Shown: piece after piece, positions 14,647 to 27,087 of the stretch
Numbering within the stretch: position 1 is the first letter of the stretch
How the letters are laid out: each line of letters starts with the position of its first letter
Translations under genes and position numbers: made by a program
Source: Bispira polyomma
Taxonomy: Eukaryota
Direction of reading: 5' to 3'
Assembly: GCA_965649765.1 (NCBI GenBank)
Contig: OZ287759.1
Coordinates: forward strand, 1,860,001 to 1,924,000
Length of the DNA stretch: 64,000 bases
The notes under the pieces: model-generated
What the model was told of the DNA's origin: nothing
The model's input: only the letters and a program-made list of their open reading frames with translations
The model's database searches: none

Positions 14647-15252
14647 GAGTACAGTTGTAAATGGGAAACTCTAACTATGGTTGAATATACAGGCGGTACT
14701 GATAAACTATAAAGTGGTTAGAATGGCCTCCCTATGTTAAATAAAGTTTGATAGAATAATTGTGAATATAATTATAGGAAATCAACAACTGGGGGAAGAA
14801 ATGTGAGACAGCATATGCAAACCATTTAGGAGGGCATTATGACAACAATGTAACTCAGTATTGAACAAGAAAAAAGTGGTGAAATTTTTTACCACATATC
14901 TAGCTGAAGACGTCGAAAAGTACGAAAATAGTGGAAGAAAAGATGGAGTTGTATTGCCCAACTAGTTTGTACAAAACATTTTATATTTTGACTCACCCTA
15001 ATTGAACAGTACAAACGCCATTTTACTTCAATATTTTGGTCACAATTATGGCAAAAGTTCAATAGAAATCTCACCCTTTAACAACAAATTAAATATTTTT
15101 ACAAAGAATAAATACTTTGTCAAAATGTGAGGCCATTACATAGATTAATAACTGTGACACAACATATTTTATATCTTTTGGTATCTCACAGAAGTTGCTT
15201 TGTTTACCTACAACTCCATCCTGGTTGTTGACGGTCAATGTCTGTTTGTATG

Positions 15253-15311
15253 AAGCGATTTCATTGGTTACTGTATGAGCGATTCTGATTGGTTGTTCAC
15301 AGTCACGTGAC
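15253..15311. promoter_or_regulatory. Pol II promoter-like cluster: two inverted CCAAT boxes plus palindromic E-box GTCACGTGAC
   Basis: ATTGG at 15263 and 15288 within a duplicated gcgatt...attggtt unit; GTCACGTGAC at 15302-15311. Confidence 0.45.
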
Positions 15312-16298
15312 GCTTTATAACAATAAATATTGTGCAGTAGAGAAGACACATGGATATAAAGTAGCTGGGATTAAGCAAATTGAATGAATTAATACGTTTA
15401 AGTCATATAACTGTAACAAAAACTGTGTAAGAAAATGGTAAAATATATAAAAGATCATCTTGTTGAGTTTTAGTTTCGAATTCTGAGAAATGGAGATAAG
15501 ACAGGCCTAATATAGAAGGTAAATATTATGTACGTTTTAAGTAAACCGCATTGAATTGTGATACAGCTGATTATTGTGTGGGAGTATATATAATGATATG
15601 TTTGAAGCACATGGCCTACGAAAGTAAACTATTTCGCTAGGATTTGAAGTAAAATATTGTTTCTTACTTCTTTTAAGATTTTCATCCATTTCCTTTCATT
15701 TTATTTTGATATATATATTTTTATTTGTCAGAATGGAATCCCATGTACTGTATATGAAACGTCATAATGACATCACCAGAACTACACCGCCATTAGCATT
15801 GTCCAGTAAATAACACGTCTATATCTATCTGTGTACTTCTTTTTTCATTAATGGATATGTATATACTTGGGGTTTAAAAAAATGGCGAATATTAAACAGT
15901 GTATTATAAAATGAAGGGGATATCAAGTAAGGATTTACCTGTATATTTATTCCTTTAATTTTCGTTTTAAACGAAAACGTGTAGAAATTGTATGCAACGA
16001 CACGTGTTGTTTACTATTCTGCAATGACCTTCACCCCAAGTATACTTTCATATCCATCTGTGTACTTCACAGAAGTATGTCGAGAAAACAAAATATATTT
16101 GAATGACGATGCTGTCTGCATATTGCCCCTGATATGTTCTTCTATTTTCGTTTTATTTGTAGTTTTATACAGATATAGTTTGTGGACATCTTGCTTTCCT
16201 ACTAATAATTACCAACATATATTACCTTCGGATTCGTATTACCTTGATACATAGAAATAGTGTATTATGCCAAGGTCTATATTAGAAGGAAGCAATTA

Positions 16299-16727
16299 CA
16301 CAGCCGTCGGCAATTCTGAACGATTTTTCATTAATTTTGCAAAATTCGGAACAAAATACATTAAAAAGGCACCAAATAAATTAATAAAAATACAGAACAA
16401 TATTTATTTAATACAGTTACCTGTTTCAGAAACTTTATATCCTTGTTTTGTAATAGAAAAGAAGGAAATTCTGAACAGACACTGATGACGTCATTTTGTT
16501 TGTTGACACGAGCTGGTCCACCTTAAATTAAAATATGATTTAAAGTAAAATTCAGTGCTATTTTTATGAATAATATTTTTTAAAATGACAGAAAATGGAG
16601 AACTTGGTCGTAAATAACATTATAGCAGGCATATTTGCTTGGGTTTAAGTTTGTTTTCATAATTAAGTAGATTTTATTTGCATTTTCGTTCAGAATTGCC
16701 GACCGTTCAGAATTGCTGACAGCCGTG
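16299..16727. mobile_element. MITE with ~25-bp TIRs and TA target duplication (Tc1/mariner-type)
   Basis: Left TA|cacagccgtcggcaattctgaacg; right cgttcagaattgctgacagccgtg|TA. The inner part of the right TIR is duplicated. Confidence 0.8.
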
Positions 16728-17689
16728 TAACGAAACTTCCTGAATGAGGCTTTGATCTTTGAATTCGGAACATATATTGGTGTATGATATTTGAAGGAAG
16801 CTTCTCCATTAGCATTGTCCAGTAAACAACACGTGTATATCTGTGTACGTCTTTTTTATTAATAGCTTTTTATATTATGCCTTTTTATATTATGCTATAA
16901 TTTTTTTTTAAACCCCGAGTTTGACTGGGCAAGAATGGCCAACATATATTACCTTACATATATACCTTGCAATGAAGATAGATGAAGACAACAGCTGATT
17001 ATTGTTTACAAAAAAGAAACATGGACTTATATACGTAGCGAACGCTTTAACATAAAATAAATACTTACTTGCAAATAGACCCTTAAATGATAAAATATAT
17101 AATATCTTACCTGGTACTGTATAATAGTTGAAGGAATACAGACACCCAATGTTCTCATGTAATTTTCAAACCCAAACTTTATTTTTAATATTATCTGTGT
17201 ATATGTCAGTGGCCCATTTGTAGGTGTACACAGTTGAATTTTCCTTTTATGGAAGTTGGTGCTTGGTACTTTTGTTAACGCTTCAATTAACCCGTCTGAG
17301 AGGTCTGACCTTTGACTCGATATGCTAGAGTTAATGCGCACGTGCATTGAAAACACCCCAGATTTTCAGCCAATCACCTTCTCCCATGATATAACGAGGT
17401 CGGTGGCCATTTTTTATTGTTGTTTATATATTATTTAATGCCATAAATGTATTGGTTTTGAAAGCTGTGGAGACCAAACGAGACCAAAGTACTAAACGCA
17501 TTTAACAAACAAATTTAAAAATAATAGATATATTATAGGATGGTCCTCATCCCTAGTACCAAACAGTATTAACTACGAAAAATGAAGTGAAAACAATATA
17601 AGGAAATAGTAAAAAGTGCTGTCTTAAACATTGGATTCTCTCTATAATATAATCTAGATGTAAACATCTAGATAATAAAACTATATAAG

Positions 17690-18486
17690 TTTCATCCTCT
17701 GATAGTTTATTATTAAACTTCCAATACCCTTTTCTTCTGCAATGTGTATTAATAAGGTGCAGAGTTAATCTAATAAGACTATGATCTGATTTGTATCCAG
17801 GTTTGATAAGGGTTTCTAGAATATTATATGTAAGGGAATTTGAGATTAAAAAATAATCTAATCTTGATTGCACAACACCAGATTTCGTATTTTCCCTTCT
17901 CGTAAATTTTAATTCCACTGGATTCCTTAATCTCCAAATATCGTTCAGATTAAACTCTTCTGTGAATCCTCTCAAGCTTGCTGCATATTTCGAATTACCC
18001 TCAGGTTTTCCACCCTTCTTATCTAACTTGTAATTTTAGCAGATGTTAAAACCATCTCCAATAATCATATTTTTCCCACTAAATTGTTCTAAGAGCTCTT
18101 GTAGTTTTGTTAAAAATTTCAATTGTAGGTCTGTATGGTCTTTTGTTGGTGCATATATATTGACCAATAATAAAGGATATCCATCAATTGTACAATCTAT
18201 GACAATGCTCCTACCTTCCTCATCAGAAATAACGTTGGATACCTTCACTTTTTCACTGATTTTATTTGGTATTAGAATGGCTACCCCTCTACTTTGGCTA
18301 GTGCCATGTGAAAAATATATATCTCCTTCCCACTCAGAAGCCCATTTATCTTCATCAGATGACAAAGAATGTGTCTCTTGTTTCTAGATATGAACCAATT
18401 GAACACGGTATGTCTTTTATTTGCATCCCTTAGCCCCCTGCAATTAAAGGAGTTGATAGATATTTTGTCATTATGTAAGCTCATTT
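17690..18486 (-). mobile_element. Tx1/L1-clade LINE ORF2 fragment (APE endonuclease only)
   Basis: SFNCRGL, ETHS, SRGVAILI, NIYAP, DIWR..NP, SRLDYFLIS, SDHS and YWKFNN; frameshifted and truncated before the RT. Confidence 0.9.
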
Positions 18487-19048
18487 TTAATAATATACGG
18501 TTCAGTGAATTTCAGTAGATAAAGTACAGGTTGTATCATCCGAACTATAATATTATAAACTAAACTTACTTTTACTGTAGTCTTATTATATGTAACCACA
18601 CAGTAAACACAAAACAAACACAAACATTTTAAGATACATTGACTCTTAAAATTGACATAAAAGACAGCTTTTCGTTTGACAAACATTCTGAAGAACAGTT
18701 ACTACCATGCATCCTCTGGCCTCTACAAATCAACATACATAGGTGTTCAAACTGTTTTAGGCTTTAACTAACAGCATAGTATTTAACAATGTATAGGTAT
18801 AAGACTTTTTGGCACCATGGACCACTTTTTTAATTTCAATTATTCTTATTTCCATCAGAACAATGGCATTTTTAGGTTTTTCTTTTTTTTTAAAGGTGAG
18901 AGCCATAGAATTTAGTATGACAATTTTAAATGTGCAAGTCTTTGAACTTAGTATCAATAACGTGTACTACTGCTTTGTAGTACAAAGCCGTAAAATTTAG
19001 CTATATGTCAATAATGTGTGGTACTGCTTTGTAGTAGAAAGTAGTAGA

Positions 19049-19208
19049 CAAAGTCAAAGTTGAGGGTTATACGTCCCGTTCAACATCCAGGGTCAAATTG
19101 GGACAGGCCCACAGCATTTTGTCACTTGTGGGAGGTGAACCCGCACAGAGGTGACAGCCTGTGATTAGGTGCCAAATTTGTTAACCACTCGGCCACTGAG
19201 GACATTAC
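19049..19208 (-). mobile_element. tRNA-derived SINE with 11-bp TSD
   Basis: Minus-strand A box TGGCCGAGTGG, B-box-like GGTTCACCTCC, tail gttgaacgggacgtataaccc; aaagtagtaga repeated at 19038-19048 and 19209-19219. Confidence 0.8.
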
Positions 19209-20033
19209 AAAGTAGTAGAAGTTTGCCAAAAATCGATAACGTGTAGCTGACTTACGAAATAGATACATAAACACTTGTAGTGTGGTTGTGCTGTTTATTA
19301 GGGAATCCAAGCACTTGACACACTTCAAATAGATCAAACGACTTGTTGACATTTCTACACTGTGTGAATAATAACCTGGGCAGATATCAAAGTTCAAATG
19401 TTCACAACTTTGTCACACACATGGTATGGAAAGTGTAACATCAAAACCATATTCTGTAGCCTCCTTATTGTTGTCAAGTACATTATAGACTATATATTGA
19501 GATGTTGCTATTTTTCTCTGAAACGGAATGTTCCTTTGGTCAGATAAGCATTCTTACCAATAAAAAAAACAGGCTTTGTGGAGGTCATAGAATAATAGAC
19601 TAACGTGTTCTTATCAAAAACAGAAATTCTGTGGAGGTTGTTTTGGCTAATCTAAAAGGGTGAGTTATAAGTTTATGTCTGAAACCCCTCACATTAGTTT
19701 GAGATCTCATATCAACTGGTTACCCGATATATTAAAAATAAAACAGCTGTGGTGAAAAGCATAATACAATAGGCCTATCTCACAACTGCCTACTACATAC
19801 GGGGAAGTTTACCAGGTATGTGTACTTGCTGCAGGTCAGTGGTTTTCAGTACAATATAGCATGGGTTTCACCAATAATTATGACTACAAATCTTAAAGGC
19901 AAAATCGGGATCTGCATCACATCTGTGGCACACTATAGCAGTTTAACATTAACAATATACACTGTCTCTCAATTGTCTGTTCTAGTGGACAGAAGAAAGA
20001 GACCGAACCTAAAAGCATTAATTACTGCAAGCA

Positions 20034-20231
20034 ATGGAGGCCAGGGATACCTCACCAGAAGTCGATTTGAGTCGGGTGGACTACAGACCGGCCAGTGCCG
20101 AGTATTACCAGGGGGTAATGGGTATTAGTGAGGGACTTTACAGTGACAGAGACACCCTGCCAGCCATGTTCCACACATTTCTGAAGGATCCCCTCATGGT
20201 GATGACTGTGGCTGTGTATGAAGGAAAAGTG
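20034..20231 (+). pseudogene. Host NAT16/histidine N-acetyltransferase-like GNAT, coding exon 1
   Basis: YQGVMGISEGLYSDRDTLPAMFHTFLKDP resembles the NAT16/HisAT V.AIS..IY.G.DYLP..YH.WL.DP motif; ends at a strong phase-0 donor GTG|GTAAGA. Confidence 0.7.
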
Positions 20232-22368
20232 GTAAGAGAAATAGACTGGCCATGATTGGGTAAATTGTTTGTCCATATCAACACAGTAACGTCAAGACAC
20301 AGTAGTTTTCCTTCAGCTTTCAGTCTACTTACCTTCATTTCACAAATCCTAAGCACATTTTGATCACAGTTTCTGCTACAATGCACCAGAACTATGGAAC
20401 ATTCTGCTGCAAAACATGTGTATTGCTCCTACCTTGTCATCGTTTAGAAGCAAACTTAAGATATACTTGTTGCCAAGGCTTTCCCTCCCTAGTTACATAT
20501 TCATTCTGGCATCTCCCAGAATACAACCACCTTCCAGAAAAGGATGTTACAATACCTGAAAAGGATGATGATATACATGCCTTAGAATCCACATTAATGG
20601 AGGTTAAGCGGAAACAAATTGTATTAGATTAGATCAGCAATATTTATCGTTTGGGTTTTTGGGTGCCGATGTTGTTATGTAACACAAACAATGCCGTAAA
20701 TGATACATATTTCACCTTAGATAATATCTATGCAAAAATTTTGATCATATTTTAAAATTAATACAGTTTAATTAATGAATATTAAACCATTTAAAGTCTA
20801 TTCTTACTTGTAAACAAGTTAGGTGTTTACATTTCCTGTTTTGTATGGGCATATTTTGTTTTTAAAAATCTTCTAGGTTCTTGCTAGATATCGACTTATG
20901 CCCTGGTCATACTCGGCATGTTCTGATTTATGTTTACTTTGTATGAGATTTAAGAAAAGAAAATGAAAAAAACAAAAGTAAAAGGGGCACGCAACAAAAA
21001 ATAATGTATGAGATGTTTTACACACATTTTGTACAGAAATTCAACACATTTTGGTAGCCATTTCAACTATGTTTGTTATGTTAGCCAAGTTTTATACACG
21101 TTTCATACAATTCACTTACACATTTCATTCCATTTCGATCTTGTTACCCACATTTTGTTTCAGCTTCGTTTTCATTCCATTTTACCTTCTGTTTGTTCAT
21201 TTTTTAGCGTAATCAAAACAGGAGCTGTGTGTTACCAAGGGTTAAGGCGGCTACGCAAGTTTGAAGTTTGAAGAGATTGGTTTAACTTTTTTTCTAAACT
21301 CAGAAAGTGTTTTAGTTAATCTTATCTTAACTATAAGACTATTCCAAAACATAGGAGCAACATTTCAGGAAACTCTAGATTCAGACATCTTAGTTGGTTT
21401 AAGGCTTTTGTAACGTAAACACATAAACGGGCCGGGAATAAAGTATGCTACTTTTACGAGAGCCATTTCTACTCTGTATATCAACTATGAGGACTTTAAA
21501 AGTACAATTTAGTAAGGTTTTCAGCCATTTTTATGTGTGCAGACAATTCAAAAGGATAATAATATGCTACAAAACTATAAAAACACCCATATAACCATCC
21601 TTGTGTTGTGACGTCACACAATTTGAAAATCTATGTAGAGCGTCATATTTGTAAACAAGTCTCTGAGAGAGTCCTTTCTATTGTGACATAATACGAGTAT
21701 TGATCCAGCATATATCAGCACAAGATATATGTTACACAACTTTATAAAAAATCTATATTATTTCTAATGATTTACATTTTTCAATATGTTTCCTTATTTT
21801 ATAAAAACAAAGAATATAAAACATCTTTCTGTTAAGAAGAGTGTAACTTTAATGTTTTTTCTAAAATAAGCCAGTTTTTGTGCTTTAATTGAAAAACGAA
21901 TTCATTCAAAATAATGCTGATGTTTTCCTTTTTCTAGTCATGTACAATACTTCAGTATTGATCCCTTCTTGGTATATGAATTGTGTCACGTTTGTGAAGC
22001 ATGTACTTTGAAAATATTACCCATCTTAGTTACAATTTTACACACTACTATATGCATTGTATGTCTCAAAATATGTATTAAAATGACACATAAAATATAT
22101 GAATTAGCATATAATTAAAATAGATGTCATGCATTATTATTTCTACCCATGAAAATGTAAATATGTTTTCCATAAATCGAGTTTAAGGCCACAAAGAAAA
22201 AGTGGTGCATTTTCTGAGAAGCTCAAGCACACAAAATGTGGTTATCCGCAATCGTCTTTTGTGTTTACATCACTAAAGCCTTAACACAATCTATATTTTC
22301 TGTCTTGAGGTTACAGAAATGAAATTATCTTCAAACCATGTCTGTTAGTTGAAATGTATTTTCATTAG

Positions 22369-22461
22369 GTAGTCTTTGCAATTGCCAGACTTGTTGACAA
22401 TGGACACACATTTGAAGAAGGGAAGGGGCTGGAAGATCTCACTAAACTGTGAGAGGGCAAG
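22369..22461 (+). pseudogene. NAT16/HisAT-like exon 2 (acetyl-CoA-binding motif A), disabled
   Basis: Acceptor ttttcattag and donor G|GTGAGT. Reads VVFAIARLVDNGHTFEEG then AGRSH*TVRGQG after removing a 5-bp aaggg duplication. Confidence 0.7.
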
Positions 22462-22513
22462 GTGAGTATGATATCTATATTATTACTTTTTATTACGCAC
22501 TACACTATGTAAG

Positions 22514-22646
22514 AGTAGTAGTAAGGGGAGTGATTCACGCTGATGATTAGTGCCCAATTTGTGCCCAATCCCATGTACTTGTGCACAAAATGAAAAAAGC
22601 CCGTGACCTTGAGTCTTTTTGCCCTCTTATAGATTTTTTACTTTGA
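22514..22646 (+). repeat. Left terminal inverted repeat (133 bp)
   Basis: Starts AGTAGTAGTAAGGGGAGTG; reverse complement of 44673-44805 with 2 mismatches. Confidence 0.98.
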
Positions 22647-22829
22647 ATGATTACATTATGAATTGTCCTTTCTAATTGTTCTGTCATACCCAACATTATG
22701 GTTTCAGATTTCAAATTACTCTCGCATTCACAACTCAAATTTTGGGAACATCATAAAATACTATTAAACTATGTACATATTTTATTTATTTTTATATATT
22801 ATTATTTTTTTTTTTTTTACTTGCATTTT

Positions 22830-23040
22830 TAAATACTAACATTGAACACTAAATTACAGTCAATTTTTTATTTCAAAATCTTTCCTTCCCCCTGCTTACA
22901 ATATTCTACATTTTTTAAATACAAACATTGAACACTTACATTATTCTACATTTTTTAAATTCCTAACATTGAACACTTACAATATTTTAATTTTTTTTAA
23001 ATTCTAACTTTGAACACTAACTTACAGTCATTTTTTTTAA
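22830..23040. repeat. Subterminal ~40-bp degenerate repeats
   Basis: The core aaat.ctaacattgaacact occurs 4 times. Confidence 0.75.
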
Positions 23041-23064
23041 ACTTGTTCATTCTTTCTACACATT

Positions 23065-23850
23065 CTAACAGATCCCTGTAGACATCATGGTGTCGTTCTC
23101 TGGTAAGCACTTTTCACACACCAACTTTTCTAACAGATCCACGTGATTTTTGCTGACAATACACGTCACCTCCTCTGCAGCCAGGGGCAGTACCTCATAG
23201 ATCTTCTTGTATACCCTCGTCAGCTCACAAAGATTTTTGTACTTCAGGGATATGCCTTTTCTGGTTGGAAACCATTCATTTTCTCCCAGCTCCTGGTTCT
23301 TGCTGTACCAAACTCTGATATTGGTAGTTTGGTAAGGAATGCAAACAGTAGCAAATATATGTTCACCTAAATGCTCTTTGAAATTTACCTGCAAATCTTG
23401 GAACATATCTCTCAGAAATTACTTTATTTTTTCTAAATTATGCACCAGTGCATTGAAGGTTGGCATAGACATATTCAGGTAATTTCCAATACCACCATCC
23501 TTATGAGTATACATTTGAATCCAGACTTTACCCTGTTGACAATGTACCTTTAGATTTCTACCCATTCCCAGATCAAATGGTTTTTCTAATCCCTCAATAA
23601 CACTCTGTTGTGAAATTTTCTCCTGTTTTTTTTCCTCTAGGCTCGACTCAGCTACTTTAACATCTTCTACTTTGTCTTTCTGCATATTGCCCTGAATTGA
23701 CCTTATTTTTTTTATCTCATCTTTTAAAAAATCTTCTGCTGTAGTCAATTTATTTTGATGTAGATTTATTTTAAGTTGAGTCAATTTTCTTTTTTTAATC
23801 TTTTTCTCACCACTCATCTTGCCCTTGTTTTTTATCACCTCCGAATTCAT
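23065..23850 (-). pseudogene. Tandem PC4-like ssDNA-binding/coactivator protein (one in-frame stop)
   Basis: ORFs 23419-23850 and 23065-23406 are in frame across a TAA (KIK*FLRDMFQ). Motifs FDLGMGRNLKV..QGKVWIQM and NIRVWY..PTRKGISL are PC4-like; basic N-terminus. Confidence 0.75.
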
Positions 23851-24542
23851 TTTTTATTGATTTGATTTGAACCAACTATTTCTCTCATTATTATAATCTC
23901 AGCTCATCTATAAATAACAATTACCTCATTTCTTATAACTATATTACATATTATTTATTCTAATTACTTATTTTACAACTAATTACCAATCTAATTAAAT
24001 ATTTATTCTATTAATCACCATCTCACTGAATCAATTATTTATTTTATTGGTCACTGTGGCCTTATTCTATCCATTACTCATTTATCAGTCATATATACCT
24101 TTTTTTCTCTTTCAAATAAATTCTCTCTTGGGAGATTCCCCCCCTCCCCACACACACCCCCATTTTTTCTCTTGATCTTTGTGTAAATATTCTCCCCACT
24201 TTCAACAAGTCTTCCAGTTTTTTGGCTAATATTGGCACACTGATGACACAGTTACATCTATCTGAATCACTCCATTACCATAAACCACTACTCTGACACA
24301 TTATTTAAATTTTGTCATTCTGACTCAACCCTGTTTAATAATTCTGAATATTTGGTCCTTTTTAAAATTTCACCTACTCGTCATTCTCATTACTCAATAT
24401 GTCTCAACTTCTATATTTGGAAACAATGACACATTGTTTGAAATTATGTCATCTATACTTTTTTGGCACTATATAATCCACTGTTAACCTAATTTGGTCA
24501 CTAATAACTAACTTTTTTTAAATTATACAGAAGAGTTTAGAA

Positions 24543-25055
24543 ATGTCTTCAAAATTTGAGAACACAGTAATCTCACCAGAATGTGTATATTGTGGTTTAA
24601 AAGACCCGCATATATGTGAGGCGCATATCAAGGGTAATCCTAGTGCACATTGCAAGACTTGTCATGGTCTCAAACCCCTGACAGAATTTTACTGCACAGA
24701 GATGGTGCATTTTAAATGTCTTTGGTGTAAAAAGTTCTACAAGTTTTCACCTAACCTTGTTATAGTTCATATTTTACTGTGTGAGAAAACTTTGGTCAAG
24801 ACCCTAGGAGAATACATGAAATGTGCCTGCCAGTGTCAACAGAGTGAATCTGGCTAGAATTTTGGAAAGAAAAAGACTGCAAATTCGTTCACTCTTACAG
24901 ATCCTGCACTTCCAGACGACTCCCCCTTTAGAAAAAGGACCTCTAAAGACACCACCTGCTCTCCTGCCAAAAAAACTAAGAGGACTCTACAAGTTTCTAG
25001 AGCAATACAAACTGACCTACCTCATAATGACTCTTTTTTATCTATGTACACCTAA
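24543..25055 (+). pseudogene. Cys/His-rich putative zinc-binding protein with basic, SP-motif tail (one in-frame stop)
   Basis: CxxC repeats (CVYC, CKTC, CLWC). The frame stays open 65 codons past the TAG at 24855, containing SPFRKR, SPAKKTKR and RAIQTD. Confidence 0.55.
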
Positions 25056-25836
25056 TATGTTTTGACTCTATTTTAGTTTTCTACTGATTTTGAAAATGTT
25101 TTTTTTAATTTATGTAAATATTCTTGCTTATATGTATAATTAATACCTAAATGTTTAAGGCTAATAAAATTTGTGAACTTACAAACAATTATTATATCAT
25201 TGCCTGATTTCAGTCTTGATCTTCTATTTACTTATCTCTGTGAGGACAGGTGACAAATTGTGGGAATCTTGCACAAACCAAACATAAAATCATTTACTGT
25301 AAACCATGAAACCTTTTTTTATTGGATATTTTCCTCTTTTTAAAACTTTGAAATAAGAATTTGATTAAAAATACAATAAATGAACACTCTGCATAACTTT
25401 ATTTTCTTTCCACATTTTAAATAAAATATCTCATCTCTTGAACATTTACAATTTTCCAATTTACCTCTTCACACAAAAAAAAAATATTACGGTAATTTGG
25501 CAGAATTAACCTGTTCCTACTTTTTAAGGGGGGGGGGAGGAATTTTTTCTACAAATTTCTACAAAAATGTTTTAGAAATTTATTCAATTACATCATCTGC
25601 TCTATTCTTGGGAAGCTAACAAAAAATCTAATTCATCTTTTCCCCTCTAAAAAATTATTTTCCCTCCAAAAATATCCACCTGAAATTATTTAAACCTAAT
25701 TAACATCTCATGCATAAATTTGAAGAACCTTCATATAAAAAAGACAATTTATTTAGGAAAAAAATTAATTCCAATTTTTTTTTTTCTATGACTTTACTGA
25801 AGCTATTTATTTTGTGAAAAAATACTAGGAAAAAAA

Positions 25837-25986
25837 ATGTCTTTGAAGTGTCAATGGTGTAACAAAGCCTTAGAGGCTTATGTTATGCTCTCTTGTACAC
25901 ACACAACATGTGTAAAATGTTTTGGTGAATGTGAAGCGTGTATATACTGTGGACTACCATTTAATTATGGATTTTTCATCTATCAG
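25837..25986 (+). CDS. RING-HC finger, exon 1 of a predicted spliced RING/Gln-rich gene
   Basis: C-x2-C-x11-C-x-H-x2-C-x2-C-x6-C-x2-C; phase-0 donor CAG|GTTAGT after 25986. Confidence 0.75.
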
Positions 25987-26670
25987 GTTAGTATTTTGGA
26001 AACTATATTCTTCAAAGTTATGCATGAGATTTAAATTAGCTTGAAATAATTTGAGTGTCAAAACATTGTCTTAGAACGCTTTAAATAAACTATATTTCAT
26101 GAACATAAAGCAAAGGGACCTATTTCATTATTCACACTACATAGAAAATTTTTGTATTATAATAAAAAGATTTTATTTTACTAAATTTCTTTGAACAGAA
26201 GCATGCATTATAGGTCTTTTTTCTATCCATCAATAAAAACTATTTTCTCCAAAACAATTCAACTTAAGAAGGCTTCTGTCAATCTCTGTGTTAATGAATT
26301 CACTACCCCAAAGTTATACATACTATCATCTTTAACCATACATTATAAAATAACTTTACTTGTAACTTACTCATAACACCACTGTCCTAAACATAATATA
26401 ATTTGAAATTCAAATAATAGAGGCTGTAGCTGGAGGTAAAAGAATAATATCATATATAAAGAAATTTGGAAACCCAGAACATTTTAATAAGGCATACTAA
26501 TTAAATTTAAAACTCATCTTCCTCTTGTCATATTCTTAATTTACCCAAATTAATTTAGAATTCATCCTCCTCTGTTTCTTTCCTAGATAAAGACCTGGTC
26601 ACCATCCTGTTTGCACCCTTACCTTTATCCCCTTCCTTGTCTACCTTAGGTTTAACCTGAGTTTCAGAAT

Positions 26671-27035
26671 TTACTGGGAGGGCCTTATAAACAATGTGGT
26701 TTCTTCCTCGTCATTTTGTTCAAGATCCCCCATATCAAATGCTGGTACCCTAAACCTAACACCCTGTCCCCTACACCTTTTACATCTAACCAAAATAAAT
26801 ATAATCACTGTGGGAATACCTCCAGCTACAGCCCCTATCGATAAACTTATTTCAATAATGTGTATTGTTTCTCTCTTGTTTTCCTCTGCTTCATCATCAC
26901 CCTCCTGTCCATTCCTCTCGTCTTCCTTCACTTCCACCCTCCCCTCTTCCTTCATTTCCCCCCTGTCCTCTTCCTTCACTTTCACCCTATCCTCCTCCTT
27001 CTCCTCCTCTTCCCCTTCATCCTCACCTGGTTCAT
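26671..27035 (-). CDS. Type I membrane protein A, last exon (acidic stalk, TM helix, cytoplasmic tail)
   Basis: Acceptor tattctatattgtag, phase 1. Glu-rich stalk, TM IIEISLSIGAVAGGIPTVIIFILV, stop-transfer RCKRCR. Confidence 0.65.
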
Positions 27036-27087
27036 CTACAATATAGAATACATATACCACCTATTAATATTTTTTGACTCTATTTAG

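Noticed and set aside
19049-19208. tRNA gene
   Set aside because: Has A/B boxes but no acceptor stem, plus a LINE-like tail and TSD, so it is a SINE.
26696-27087. Ser/Pro/Leu-rich + strand ORFs (26696, 26860, 26865)
   Set aside because: Antisense shadows of the purine-rich Glu-coding exon on the minus strand.
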